A stretch of DNA of 64,000 nucleotides from Pseudomonas sp. GTDB taxonomy: Bacteria; Pseudomonadota; Gammaproteobacteria; Pseudomonadales; Pseudomonadaceae. The stretch is taken from positions 4,447-68,446 of the forward strand of contig NZ_JBARTQ010000245.1 of NCBI RefSeq assembly GCF_049645325.1, given 5' to 3'. Position 1 is the first letter of the stretch. Each line of letters opens with the position of its first letter. Shown piece after piece: positions 36,188 through 48,200 of this stretch. The notes under the pieces are model-generated. The model saw only the letters and a program-made list of their open reading frames with translations. It was not told the DNA's origin and ran no database searches. A program made the translations under genes and the position numbers.

Positions 36188-38185
36188 ATGACTGTTCTCA
36201 GCCGTTGCTTATTGGTTCTGGGCGTAGTGCTCGCCGGCGCTTGCGCCCAGCAGCCCGCGCCCTACACGCCCCCCGCCGAGCGGCCCGTGCCTGCGCGTGA
36301 AGCGCCGTGGCCGAAAAACCATTTCCTGGGCATTGCCTACCACGACATCGAAGACCGTGACCCCGACCAGGCAGTGGTGGCGGTGCGCACCGAACGGTTG
36401 ATCGAACAGTTGGCCTGGCTGCGCGAAAACGGCTACCAGCCGGTGAGCGTCGACCAGATCCTGGCCGCGCGCAACGGTGGGCGCGAGTTGCCGCCCAAGG
36501 CCGTGATGCTCAGCTTCGACGACGGTTATTCAAGCTTCTACACCCGCGTGCTGCCGATTTTGCGCGCCTACAACTGGCCGGCGATCCTGGCCCCGGTGGG
36601 GTATTGGATCGACACGCCGCTGAACAAACCGGTGGACTTCGCCGGCACACCGCGCGCCCGTTCCGACTTCCTGACGTGGGAGCAGGTGCGCGAAATTTCC
36701 AAGTCGCCCCTAGTGGAAATCGCCGCCCACACAGACGCCAGCCACACCGGCATCCTGGCCAACCCCCAGGGTAACCTGGAGCCTGCGGCCGCCACGCGTC
36801 GTTATGATGCCGCCACTGGCAAATACGAAACCGAAGCCCAGTTCCAGGCGCGCATGCGTGCCGACGTAACGGCCATTTCCAACAAGCTGCGCGCCATCAC
36901 CGGCAAGGCGCCGCGTGTGTGGGTGTGGCCTTACGGCGCCGCCGACGGCACCTCATTGGCAGTGGTGGGTGAGCAGGGCTACCAGATGGCCCTGACCCTG
37001 GACGACGGCCTTGACGACCTCGCCAACCTCAAGAGCAGCCCGCGCTTTTTGGTGGCCTCCGACCCGGATGGCGAGCACTACGCCAACGCCATCGTCGGCA
37101 CCCAGTCGCGGACCTCAATGCGCGTGCTGCACGTGGACCTCGATAACGTCTACGACCCCGACCCCGCCCAGGAAGCGCGCAACCTCGACCTGTTGATCCA
37201 GCGCGTGGTGGACATGGGCGCCAGCACCGTGTTCCTGCAAGCCTTCGCCGACCCCAAGGGTGACGGCCTGGTGCATTCGGTGTACTTCCCCAACCGCCAC
37301 CTGCCGGTGCGCCAGGACCTGTTCAACCGCGTGACTTGGCAATTGCGCACCCGTGGCCATGTGGCGATCTATGCGTGGATGCCGGTGCTCAGTTTTGCCT
37401 TGGACCCGGCGTTGCCGCGCGTCACCCGTTGGGACCCGAAAACCGGCCAGGTCGGCATCGACCCGGACCAATACAAACGCCTGTCGCCGTTTGATCCGAA
37501 GGTGCGCCAGCAGATCGGCGAGATCTACGAAGACCTGGCGCGTAACACCTCTATCGACGGCGTGCTGTTCCACGATGATGCGCTGTTCTCCGACTTCGAA
37601 GACGCCAGCCCCGCAGCGCTCAAGGCCTATGCCGCCAACGGCCTGCCGAACACCCTCGCCGCACTGCGCGACGACCCGGCAGTGATGCAACGCTGGACCC
37701 GTTTCAAGAGCCGCTACCTGATCGACTTCACCCAGGAACTGGCCGGCAAGGTCCGCGCGATCCGTGGGCCGCAGGTGCAGACCGCGCGCAATATCTTCGC
37801 CGAGCCGATGCTCAACCCGGCGAGCGAAACCTGGTTCGCACAGAACCTGGATGACTTCCTCCAGACCTACGACTGGACTGCGCCGATGGCCATGCCGTTG
37901 ATGGAAGGCGAGACGCTGAAGAACTCGAATGCCTGGCTGGAAAAACTCGTTGCGACCGTCAAGGCACGCCCCGGCGCCCTGCAGCGCACCGTGTTTGAAC
38001 TGCAAGCCAAAGACTGGCGCACCGCGGACGCGCCGAATATCGATGGCGCACAAATGGCTGAATGGATGGGTGTGCTCAAGCGCCAGGGAGTCAGGAGTTT
38101 TGGCTACTACCCGGACAACTTCCTGGAAAATTCCCCGGACTTGAAGACAGTACGTCCGGCCCTTTCCAACCAATGGAACCCTTGA
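36188..38185 (+). CDS. pgaB: PNAG N-deacetylase lipoprotein
   Basis: 665 aa with a lipobox (LAGC). It has a polysaccharide-deacetylase N-terminal domain ([14 protein letters not shown]) and a C-terminal hydrolase-like domain. Confidence 0.9.
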   Translation: MTVLSRCLLVLGVVLAGACAQQPAPYTPPAERPVPAREAPWPKNHFLGIAYHDIEDRDPDQAVVAVRTERLIEQLAWLRENGYQPVSVDQILAARNGGRELPPKAVMLSFDDGYSSFYTRVLPILRAYNWPAILAPVGYWIDTPLNKPVDFAGTPRARSDFLTWEQVREISKSPLVEIAAHTDASHTGILANPQGNLEPAAATRRYDAATGKYETEAQFQARMRADVTAISNKLRAITGKAPRVWVWPYGAADGTSLAVVGEQGYQMALTLDDGLDDLANLKSSPRFLVASDPDGEHYANAIVGTQSRTSMRVLHVDLDNVYDPDPAQEARNLDLLIQRVVDMGASTVFLQAFADPKGDGLVHSVYFPNRHLPVRQDLFNRVTWQLRTRGHVAIYAWMPVLSFALDPALPRVTRWDPKTGQVGIDPDQYKRLSPFDPKVRQQIGEIYEDLARNTSIDGVLFHDDALFSDFEDASPAALKAYAANGLPNTLAALRDDPAVMQRWTRFKSRYLIDFTQELAGKVRAIRGPQVQTARNIFAEPMLNPASETWFAQNLDDFLQTYDWTAPMAMPLMEGETLKNSNAWLEKLVATVKARPGALQRTVFELQAKDWRTADAPNIDGAQMAEWMGVLKRQGVRSFGYYPDNFLENSPDLKTVRPALSNQWNP

Positions 38186-38187
38186 CC

Positions 38188-39528
38188 ATGTTCGACAGAA
38201 TCCTGGCTTTATTCGTGTTGGCGCTGGTATTGGGTGTGCCCCTGGGCCTGATCTTCCTGGTCACCGGGCAGTTCCTGATGGACTTCGTGTTCTTCTACCC
38301 GCTGTTCATGTCGGCGCTGTGGATCGCCGGCGGCCTGTACTTCTGGCTGCACTGGGAGCGCCACTGGCCGTGGAAGGAAGACACCCCGGCGCCAACCCTG
38401 GCCGGCAACCCGCTGATCTCGATCATCATCCCTTGCTACAACGAGGGCGATAACGTTGCCGACACCCTTCATGCGGCGCTCGACCAGCTTTACCCGAACA
38501 TCGAAGTGATCGCGGTCAACGACGGCTCCAAAGACAACACCGCCGCCGTGCTCGACGCCCTGGCGTTGCTGCACCCACGCCTGCGCGTGCTGCACCTGGC
38601 GCAGAACCAGGGCAAGGCTGTGGCCTTGCGCATGGGCGCCGTGGCGGCGCGCAGCGAGTACCTGGTGTGCATCGACGGCGATGCGTTGCTCGATAAAAAC
38701 GCCGCGGCCTATATGGTTGCGCCGATGCTCGACAACCCACGCCTGGGCGCCGTGACCGGCAACCCGCGCATTCGCACGCGCTCCACCTTGATCGGCCGCG
38801 TGCAGGTGGGCGAGTTCTCCTCGATCATCGGCTTGATCAAGCGCACCCAGCGCGTGTTCGGCCGGATCTTCACGGTCTCGGGTGTGGTGGTGGCGTTTCG
38901 CAAGAAGGCGTTGGACCGTATCGACTATTGGTCCACCGACATGATCACCGAAGACATCGATGTCAGCTGGAAACTGCAGCTGGACCACTGGAGCATCTTC
39001 TACGAGCCACGCGCGCTGTGCTGGATCCTCATGCCTGAAACCGTCGGCGGCCTGTGGAAACAGCGCCTGCGCTGGGCCCAGGGCGGCGCCGAGGTGCTGT
39101 TCAAGAACATCCGTGGCATCTGGCAATGGCGCCACCGCTACCTGTGGCCACTGCTGTTCGAATACTGCCTGTCCACCGGTTGGGCCTTCACCTTCCTGCT
39201 CTCGGTGATCTTCTGGGGCCTGGGTAAATTCATGGTGCTGCCACAGGCGATTGCCGTGGACTCGCTGGTGCCACCGGCGTTTACCGGGCTGGTGCTGGCG
39301 ATGGTGTGCCTGCTGCAATTTGCGGTGAGCATCCTGATCGACCGGCGCTACGAAAAAGACCTGTGGAAAACCCTGTTCTGGACCGTGTGGTACCCGATGG
39401 TGTTCTGGCTGGTCAGCCTGTTCACCACGCTGGTCAGCTTTCCCAAAGTGCTGTTCAACCAGCACCAGAAACGCGCGCGCTGGGTCAGCCCGGATCGCGG
39501 CATCAAACCTGCCGAAGAGGAGGCGTGA
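38188..39528 (+). CDS. pgaC: PNAG synthase (GT2)
   Basis: ATG 38188 lies 2 nt after the pgaB stop. GT2 motifs are present ([26 protein letters not shown]). Confidence 0.9.
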   Translation: MFDRILALFVLALVLGVPLGLIFLVTGQFLMDFVFFYPLFMSALWIAGGLYFWLHWERHWPWKEDTPAPTLAGNPLISIIIPCYNEGDNVADTLHAALDQLYPNIEVIAVNDGSKDNTAAVLDALALLHPRLRVLHLAQNQGKAVALRMGAVAARSEYLVCIDGDALLDKNAAAYMVAPMLDNPRLGAVTGNPRIRTRSTLIGRVQVGEFSSIIGLIKRTQRVFGRIFTVSGVVVAFRKKALDRIDYWSTDMITEDIDVSWKLQLDHWSIFYEPRALCWILMPETVGGLWKQRLRWAQGGAEVLFKNIRGIWQWRHRYLWPLLFEYCLSTGWAFTFLLSVIFWGLGKFMVLPQAIAVDSLVPPAFTGLVLAMVCLLQFAVSILIDRRYEKDLWKTLFWTVWYPMVFWLVSLFTTLVSFPKVLFNQHQKRARWVSPDRGIKPAEEEA

Positions 39529-39530
39529 TC

Positions 39531-40013
39531 ATGAAACTGGTCAGAACTCGCCAGAACACTGTGATGTGGATCGTCGATGTGCTGCTGACGTTACTCGCGT
39601 GGGCCGGGTTGGTCTGGCTGCTGGTTCGCGGCATGAGCGCCATGCTCGAAACCCACGGCGGCCCGCGCCTGGAAGCGCCGATTTTTGCGGCGCTCAATAC
39701 CTTGCAGATCTACCTGTGGATCGCCCTGTTCAACGCGGTGATCCTGATCAGCTGGGCGCGTTATCAGCAACGTAAAGGGCGCAAATTCGCGCAGCGCCGT
39801 GCCGAGGCCAACGCGCTCAGCGACAAGAGCCTGAGCGAAAGCTTCAACCTGGGCGACGGCCACCTGGAGCAGTTTCGCAAACCGGGCGTGCTGGTGATCC
39901 ACAACGACGAGGACGGCGGCGTGGAAGATGTTAAATCCCACGTTTCCCGTGACGTCGAGCGCCCAGCCCTGACCCTGGTACCCGGCCAGGAAAAAGACAA
40001 AGGCGCCGGCTGA
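39531..40013 (+). CDS. pgaD: PNAG biosynthesis protein PgaD
   Basis: ATG 39531 lies 2 nt after the pgaC stop. It is a ~160-aa 2-TM protein in the canonical position. Confidence 0.8.
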   Translation: MKLVRTRQNTVMWIVDVLLTLLAWAGLVWLLVRGMSAMLETHGGPRLEAPIFAALNTLQIYLWIALFNAVILISWARYQQRKGRKFAQRRAEANALSDKSLSESFNLGDGHLEQFRKPGVLVIHNDEDGGVEDVKSHVSRDVERPALTLVPGQEKDKGAG

Positions 40014-40043
40014 AACTGGGTCTGGAGCACATCCAGGATCAAA

Positions 40044-40130
40044 TGTGGGAGCTGGCTTGCCTGCGATGGCATCACCTCGGTCTGACTGAAACACCGAAGC
40101 GCCCGCATCGCAGGCAAGCCAGCTCCCACA
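40044..40130. repeat. REP-type extragenic palindrome (copy 2 of 3)
   Basis: TGTGGGAGCTGGCTTGCCTGCGAT (40044-40067) pairs with ATCGCAGGCAAGCCAGCTCCCACA (40107-40130). It shares the internal GGCATCACCTCGGTC with copy 3. Confidence 0.9.
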
Positions 40131-40483
40131 CTTGCCAGCGCTTACATTCGACCTGCTGTGCCTGGTATTCCGATAAATGGGATCCAATTCACAAAACACC
40201 CGCGAACTTTTCTGTATTCCCCGGTACTAACCTATCTCGGCGCTTAGTTAGTGGCTAATTGATGGCTACTCAACTGCTATTTGCCCGATCGCTATCAAAA
40301 CTGTCGCCGCCTGTCGGATTAAAAGCTTCAGTAACAGGCTGTCACTCTTTTTTGATAATTTATAACTGTTATTTATCAACGGCTTGCAAACTTTATTCAA
40401 GCGAATGAGCCACTTGTCCAACGCCTTGGACCTGTGGAAGTTCGATGTTAGTTTGCCGCCCCTTGATTTTCGATGGATCGAAC

Positions 40484-42205
40484 ATGCCTTTGTTATTGCC
40501 ACGGACTCGGTATTTGCTGTGCACTTTCCTGCTCGCTTACTTGAGCCTGAACAGCGCCACAGCCGCCCCCACGCCAGGGGATCAAGACCTGATCCGCGAC
40601 CGGCAAAACCGCCTGCTCGAAGAGCAAAGCCGGCGCCTGCAGGAACTCCAGGACCTGCCCGGCAAAGAGGCCAAGCCCCAGGCACCGGCCACGCCCGCCG
40701 ACACGCGCTGCTTCCCGATCAAAGACATCCAGCTGCAAGGCGCCGACAGCCTGTCGGCCCCGGACCGCGAACGTCTGCTCAAACCCTACGTCGGCCAATG
40801 CCTGGGCGTCTCGCAGCTCAATGAACTGCTCAAAAACATCACCGACTACTACATCGCCAAAGGCCGCGTGACTAGCCGCGCCTACCTGCCGCAGCAAGAC
40901 CTCTCCAGTGGCCACCTCCAAGTGCTGGTGGTGGAAGGCAAACTTGAAGCCTTGAAAAGCGCCGAAGGCAGCAGCGTCACCGACCGCGAGCTGGCGATGG
41001 CCTTTCCCGGCAACGTCGGCGATGCGCTCAACCTGCGTGAGGTCGAGCAACTGGTGGACCAGTTGAACCGCTTGACCTCCAAGCAGGCGCAAATGGAACT
41101 GACCCCCGGCAGCCAGATCGGCGGCAGCGACGTGGTGGTCAAGAACACCCCGCAAAAGCCCTGGCGCGCCAGCCTGTCGCGCAATAACGACGGGCAGAAA
41201 AGCACCGGCGAACAACAATGGGGCGCAGGCCTTGAGTGGGACAGCCCGCTTGGCCTCGCCGACCAACTGGTGCTGCGCGGCGGCCATGACGCGATCAGCG
41301 ACCACCAGAAAACCTCGAAAAACACCCTGCTCTACTACAACGTGCCGTGGGGTTGGTGGAACTTCAGTTACACCTACAGCGAGAGTGATTACCGCGCGCT
41401 GGGTTACACCGACGCCTTCAAGTTCAAGCAGTCGGGCGACAACGAAAACCACCAGTTGCGCGCCGAGCGCGTGATCCATCGCGACGACGTCAGCAAGACC
41501 TCGGTCAACGTCGGCCTGGCCCACCTGCGCACCAACAACTACATCGACGACGCCCACCTTGAAACCAGCAGCAACCGCCTCAGCGAGTTGCAATGGGGCA
41601 TCAACCACGGCCGCCGCATCGGCACGGCCTTCGTCAACCTCGACGTGGGCATGCAAAACGGCATCGGCGCGTTTGACGCCCAGGCTGAAAACGAGCGCGA
41701 CAAGAACGGCAATCGCCAGCCCAGTGCGCGCTACCGCAAATACACCGCCACCGTCAGCTACTTGCAGCCGTTCAGCCTGTGGGGCGAGTCGTTCAGTTTC
41801 TCCAGCCTGGCCACCGGCCAACGCAGTGAAGACATCCTCTTCAGCCCGCAACGCATGAGCCTCGGCGGCTCGGCTTCGGTGCGCGGTTATAAAGACCAGC
41901 AGCTCACCGGCGACAGCGGCGGCTACTGGCGCAACGACGTGCGCTGGGCCCGCCCGGTGACCTGGGACTGGATGCGCCCGGCATTCGCCGAATACGGCGC
42001 CAGCGTCGGCTACGACCAAGGCGTGATCAGCAATGGCCGCTACAACGGCGACGTGCACGGCCGGGTGTCGAGCAATTCCCTGGAACTGTTCGCCCGTGGC
42101 AAATACGTCAGCACCAGCGTGACCTTTGCGCACTCTTTGGAACGTCCGGCAGTGATGAACGAGCGCGAAGCGCCGATCTACTTCCGCATGGATTTCTTCC
42201 TGTAA
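40484..42205 (+). CDS. cdiB: TpsB/ShlB/FhaC-family two-partner-secretion outer-membrane transporter
   Basis: The ORF is 40445-42205. ATG 40484 gives a signal peptide (MPLLLPRTRYLLCTFLLAYLSLNSATA). A POTRA region is followed by a beta-barrel ending ...YFRMDFFL. The gene lies directly upstream of the TPS exoprotein. Confidence 0.9.
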   Translation: MPLLLPRTRYLLCTFLLAYLSLNSATAAPTPGDQDLIRDRQNRLLEEQSRRLQELQDLPGKEAKPQAPATPADTRCFPIKDIQLQGADSLSAPDRERLLKPYVGQCLGVSQLNELLKNITDYYIAKGRVTSRAYLPQQDLSSGHLQVLVVEGKLEALKSAEGSSVTDRELAMAFPGNVGDALNLREVEQLVDQLNRLTSKQAQMELTPGSQIGGSDVVVKNTPQKPWRASLSRNNDGQKSTGEQQWGAGLEWDSPLGLADQLVLRGGHDAISDHQKTSKNTLLYYNVPWGWWNFSYTYSESDYRALGYTDAFKFKQSGDNENHQLRAERVIHRDDVSKTSVNVGLAHLRTNNYIDDAHLETSSNRLSELQWGINHGRRIGTAFVNLDVGMQNGIGAFDAQAENERDKNGNRQPSARYRKYTATVSYLQPFSLWGESFSFSSLATGQRSEDILFSPQRMSLGGSASVRGYKDQQLTGDSGGYWRNDVRWARPVTWDWMRPAFAEYGASVGYDQGVISNGRYNGDVHGRVSSNSLELFARGKYVSTSVTFAHSLERPAVMNEREAPIYFRMDFFL

Positions 42206-42236
42206 TTCAACGCCCCGCTGCAACGAGAACCTGAAA

Positions 42237-45200
42237 ATGGATGTTCGCCACTTTGCCTTTCTGGCCCGCCAACCTTCTGCTGCGCTGAAGCCGCGAGACA
42301 CGTTCTTCGGCCTGCCCAAGCGCGGCCTGGTGCTGATCCTCGCCAACGCGCTGTTCTGGCAGCCGCTGTTGGCCCAGGCGGAAGGCATTGTGGTGAGCAA
42401 CCCCGCCACCACCGTCGGCGCGGCAGGCAATGGCGTGCCCGTGGTGAACATCGCCACGCCCAATGGCAGCGGCTTGTCGCACAACCAGTTCAAGGACTAC
42501 AACGTCGGCCCCAACGGCGTGATCCTCAACAACGCCACCGGCGCCGTGGTGAACACGCAGCTGGGCGGCTACATCGTCGGCAACCCCAACCTCAAGGGCG
42601 GCGCCGCCAGCGTCATCCTCAACGAAGTCAACGGCGGCAACCCCAGCCAGTTGCGCGGCTACACCGAAGTGGCAGGCCAGTCGGCCAAGGTCATCGTCGC
42701 CAACCCCTACGGGATTACCTGCAGCGGTTGCGGCTTCATCAACACCCCCAACGTGACCCTGACCACCGGCAAACCGGTACTTGACGCCAGCGGCCAGTTG
42801 CAGCGCTACCAGGTCGATGGCGGCGCCGTGACCATCGACGGCGAAGGCTTGAACGCCAGCAACGTCGATCGTTTCGAAATCATCACCCGCTCGGCCAAGA
42901 TCAACGCACAGATCAATGCGCGCGAACTGACCGTGATCGCCGGGCGCAACGACGTCGATGCCAAAACCCTGACCGCCACCCCGCGCGCCGACGACGGCAG
43001 CGCCAAGCCGGAACTGGCGATTGACTCCTCAGCCTTGGGCGGCATGTACGCTGGCGCGATCAAGTTGGTGGGCACCGAAGCCGGTGTGGGCGTGAAGCTC
43101 GACGGCACGCTGGCGGCCAGCGGCGGTGACATCCAACTGGATGCCAACGGCCACCTGAGCATGGCGCAAACCGCTGCCACCGGTAACGTCAAGGTGACGG
43201 CGCAAAGCGTCAACCTCACCGACAAGGTCTACGCTACCGGCAACGTTCAAGTGACCAGCGCACAAGCACTGGTCAACCAAAAGAGCGTGGCCGCCGGCCA
43301 ACGCATCGAACTCAACGCGGCCAGCGTGAGCAACGCCGGCATCATCGAAGCCGGTGTAGCGCCAGACAACAGCCGTAACGCCAGCGGCGACCTGGTGGTG
43401 AGCGCGCAAACCGTCAACACCACTGGCAACCTGTTGGCCAGCCGCGCATTGGCGATCACCGCCGCGCAGGCGCTGACCAACCAGGGCAGCATCCTCCAGG
43501 GCAAAACCGTCAGCGTCAGCACGGCCAGCCTGACCAACCAAGGCGCCACTGCACGCATTTTCGGCGAGCAAAACCTGGCGATCAGCGCACCGGCCATCGC
43601 CAACCTCGGCGGCTTGATCCGCTTCGGTGAAGGCCAGGCCGCCACGCTCGACAGCACCTCCCTGGACAACCGTCAGGGCCGCATCGAAATGGCCGGCGGC
43701 AGCCTGGTGCTGACCAGTGGCGCATTCAACAACAGCGGCGGGCAAGTCATCGCCAACGTCCTGACCGTCAACGCGGGCAACCTGAATAACCAGAATGGCG
43801 TAGTGGTTGCCGGTGCCCTGACGGTCAATGCCCGTGACCTCGACAACAGCCTCAAGGGCCTGATCCAGGCTGACAGCGGCGCGCTGAACCTCACCGTCGC
43901 CAATGCCTTCAACAACAGCCAGGGGTTCGCCCAGGCCAGCACCGACCTCAACCTCAACGCTGGCAGCCTCAGCAGCAACGCCAATGGCGTGCTGAGCGCC
44001 AACACCGGCAAATTGACCCTCGTTACCGCGCAACAGCTCAACAACGCCCAGGGCCGCTTACAGGCCGGTCAGGGCGATATTGCGCTGCACGCGGCAAGCC
44101 TGGACAACCAGAACGGCGTGATCGTCGGCAAGCAACTGCTGCTCGACGCCAGCGGCGGTGATATCGACAACCGCGCCGGGCGCGTAGTGGGCGACCAACT
44201 CGACGTGCGCGCCTCAGGCCTCGACAACCGCAACGCGGGCCTGCTGGCCGGTGGCGCGCAGGGCGTCAGCTTGCTGCTCAAAGGGCCGGGCCAATTGCTC
44301 AATGCCCAGGGCCGCATTCAAAGCGAAGGCCTCCTGCAACTGCAAGGCGAGCGTCTGGACAACAGCGCGGGCATCCTGCTCGGCACCTCGGTTGACGTCA
44401 CCGCGCAAACTTTCACCAACAGCAACAAGGGTGCGCTGGTCAGCGATGGCGGCGACATCACCTTCAACGTCAGCGACCTGCTGACCAACGCTGGCGGCAC
44501 GCTTGATGCCGGCGAGCGCAGCCTGCTGGTCAAGGCCCTCACCACCCTCGACAACAGCGGCGGCACCCTGCGCGGCAAGCGCCTGGACATCACCGCGCAG
44601 CACCTGAACAACGACGCGGGCCAACTGCTGGCCGGCAACCAGGGTATGCGCTTCAGCGGTCAGGACGTGTCCAACCGCAATGGCCTGATCCTCAGCGGTG
44701 GCGCGCACACCCAGCTGGACGCGGGGAGCCTGAATAACCAGGGCGGCACCGTGCAAGGCGACACCCTGACCGTCACCGCCGACAACGTGGATAACGGCAG
44801 CGACGGCTTGCTGGCGAGCCTGGTGGGCGACCTGCAACTGACCGTCCAGGCCCTGGCTAACCGAGGCGGCAAACTGTTCGGCAAAGAACAGGTCACCGTC
44901 AGCGGTGCGACCCTCGACAACAGCGCGGGCGGCCAGGTCAGCGGCAACCTGATCAACCTGACCTCACGCGGCACGCTCACCAACCAAGGCGGCCTGATCG
45001 AGGCCAACAACGGCCTGACCCTCAGCGGCGGCAACCTCGACAACAGCGCCGGTGGGCAACTGCGCGCCCTGGCTGGCGCCAGCAGCAGCCTCACCCTCAG
45101 CGGCCAGGTGAATAACCAGAACGGCACCCTCGAAGTTGGCAGCACCGCCTTCAGCCTCAACGCCGCCAGCCTGAACAATCAGTCCGGCCAGTTGCAACAT

Positions 45201-48200
45201 GCAGGGCTGGGCCTGTTCCGCCTCAACACCGCCAGCCTCAGCGGCAGCCAGGGCACAATCAACGGCATGGGCAGCGCCGATTGGGCGTTCGGCAATGTCG
45301 ATGGCCTGGGGCGCGTGCAACTCAATGAAGTCCTGACCTACAAAAGCGCTCAGGGCCTGACCCTCAAGGCGGGCGACCGCATGGCCAGCGGCAAGGGCCT
45401 GATCCTTGACGTCGCCAGCCTGAACAACGGCGGCGAACTGCTCAGTGACGGTGACCTGAACATCACCACCGGCGACATGACCAACAGCGGCCGCGTGTCC
45501 GCCCTGCAAACCCTGACCGTGGCGGCCAATAACCTCAGCCAGAACGGCGGGCGCCTCGCGGGCCTGAACACCCAGCTCAAACTGGGCGGCACCCTGGATA
45601 ACCTCGGCTTTCTCACCGCGCGTCAGCAGCTGGATATCGCCGCAGCGCAAATCAACAACCGTGGCACCCTCGGCGCCCAGGGTGCAGTGAACCTCACCGC
45701 CATCAACGGCATCACCAACGCGGCCGACTCGCTGCTGTTCAGCGGCGGCGACATGACCCTGCGCGGTAACGGTTTCAGCAACCTGTATGGCGACGTCTAC
45801 AGCAAGGGCAACCTGAGCTTTGCAGCGGTGGATGGCGGCAAGGCGGTGCTGTTCAGCAACCGCTCCGGCACCGTGGAAAGCGAAGGCTCCATCGGCATCC
45901 ATGCGGGCTTTATCGAAAACGCCAAAGACGAATTTGAACTCGGACAGACGCTGACCACCGGCAGCCTGAGTTGGATCTGTCACCAGCACTGCGGCGAGAG
46001 CGACAACTGGGAGCGTGGCGATATCACCATCTACGAGACGTACCTTGAGGCGGCGACCAAGGATTCGGTAGCGGCGCGCCTGGTGGCTGGCAAAAACATG
46101 CTGGTGCAAGGCGACAATGTGCAGAACCGCTACAGCCTGATGGCCGCCAATGGCGACCTGAGTATCACCGCCGGTGACCTGCTGAACCAGGGCGCCGCAA
46201 CGCGCACGGGGCAGCGCAAGCTTGTTGTCAGCACGCCAGGTCACGTTTCCGACGATTTGTTTGAAAGCATGCAATATATCGACGTTCCAGCGTTCAATGC
46301 GGCCACGGCGGCTGGGCATTTCGATAAGGCGCGCTTCGAAGAACTGAAAAACCGCTCACCCAATAGTTGGCCTTTCGCCCACTCAAGCGACGTCACCACC
46401 TGGACCGACAACGGCGGCCCAGGCTACGCCGCCACGATGCAAGCCGGCGGCACCGTCAACCTCAACGTCGCGCGTACCCTGCAAAACGGCACGCTGCATA
46501 ACAACACCCTGGCGCAGTTGACTGGCACCCTTGGCGATGACCAGACCGGCATCCCTGTGGGCGGCATCAACATCAACCTGAGCACACACGCCAACGACCC
46601 GAGCGCGCAGGGCCCCGGCACTGTGTTGCCGGTTGCCGCCGTTGCCCCCGGCGGCGGCTTCGTGCCCGTGGACTACACCGGCACGCCGTTCGCCCCGGTC
46701 GACCCCACCACCGCCCCGAACTTCCAGCTGCCCAAGGGCGAGTATGGCCTGTTCGTCAAAAACCCAGACCCGACCAGCCATTACCTGATCGAGACCAACC
46801 CGGAATTTGCCACCACCTCGGGCTTCTTCAGTTCCGACTACATGCTCGGCAAACTCGGCTTCACCGATGACAACGCCTGGCGCCGCCTGGGCGATGGCCA
46901 ATACGAGAGCCGCCTGATCCGCGACGCCGTGCTCGCGCAAACCGGCCAACGCTTCCTCGCCGGCGGCCTCTACAGCGACGCCGACCAGTTCCGCTACCTG
47001 ATGGACAACGCCCTCGCCAGCAAAGACGCGCTGCGCCTGAGCCTTGGCGTGACGCTCACCAGCCAGCAGGTCGGCGCCCTGACCCACGACATCGTGTGGA
47101 TGGAAAACCGCGTGGTCGATGGCCAAACCGTCCTCGTGCCGGTGCTCTACCTGGCCCAGGCCGAATCGCGCAACGTGCGCGGCAACAGCCTGATCCAGGG
47201 CCGCGACCTCAACCTGGTCACCGGCGGCGACCTGATCAACGTCGGCACCCTGCGCGCCAGCAACAACCTCTCCGCCGTCAGCAGCGGTAGCATTTACACC
47301 GGCGGCCTGGTGGAAGCCGGCAACAACCTGAGCCTGCTGGCCCAAGAGAGCATCCGCAACGCCATGGCCGGCGAAATTCGCGGCAAACAAGTCAGCCTGG
47401 CCGCCCTCAAAGGCGACATCACCAACGACAACACCGCAATTCAAGTGCGTGACGGCGCCGGCATGCGCACCCTCACCGACGCCAGCGCCGGCACCATCGT
47501 CGCTCGCGAAAACCTTGCCATGGACGCTGGCCGCGACCTCACCAACCGAGGCGCACTCACCGCCGGCCAAGACGCCAACCTGACCGCCGGCCGCGACCTC
47601 AACCTCATCGCCGCCAGCGACACCAGCATCAAACACGAGTCCCGCGACGGCGGCGAAAAATCCAGCATCACCACCGACGTTAAAAACCTCGCCGCCAGCG
47701 TCACGGCGGGCGGCAACCTCAACATGAAAGCCGGGCAGGACGTCAACATCATCGGCAGCACGGCCACGGCCGGTAAAGACCTCACCATCGCCGCCGGCCG
47801 CGACGTCAACGTCGCATCCGTCAGCGACATGCACAACGTCGAGGGCAAGGAAAAGCACGGCAAAAAACGCATCAAGACCTCGGATGACCAGACTACCCAA
47901 GTGGCCAGCGTGCTGACGGCAGGCGGGGATTTTGTGAGCCAGGCTGGACGTGACACCACGATAGTGGCGAGCAAGATCAGCGCGGGGAATGAGGCTTATC
48001 TGTATAGCGGGGATAAGTTGAACCTGTTGGCGGCGCAGAACAGCACCTACACGCTCTACGACATGAAGGAGAACGGCGGTTGGGGTGCGAAGAAGACCAA
48101 GCGTGATGAAGTTTCTCGCGTCACAAACGTGGGGACTGAGATCAAGACAGGTGGCGACCTGATTCTCAAAAGTGGCGGTGATCAGACCTATCAACTCGCT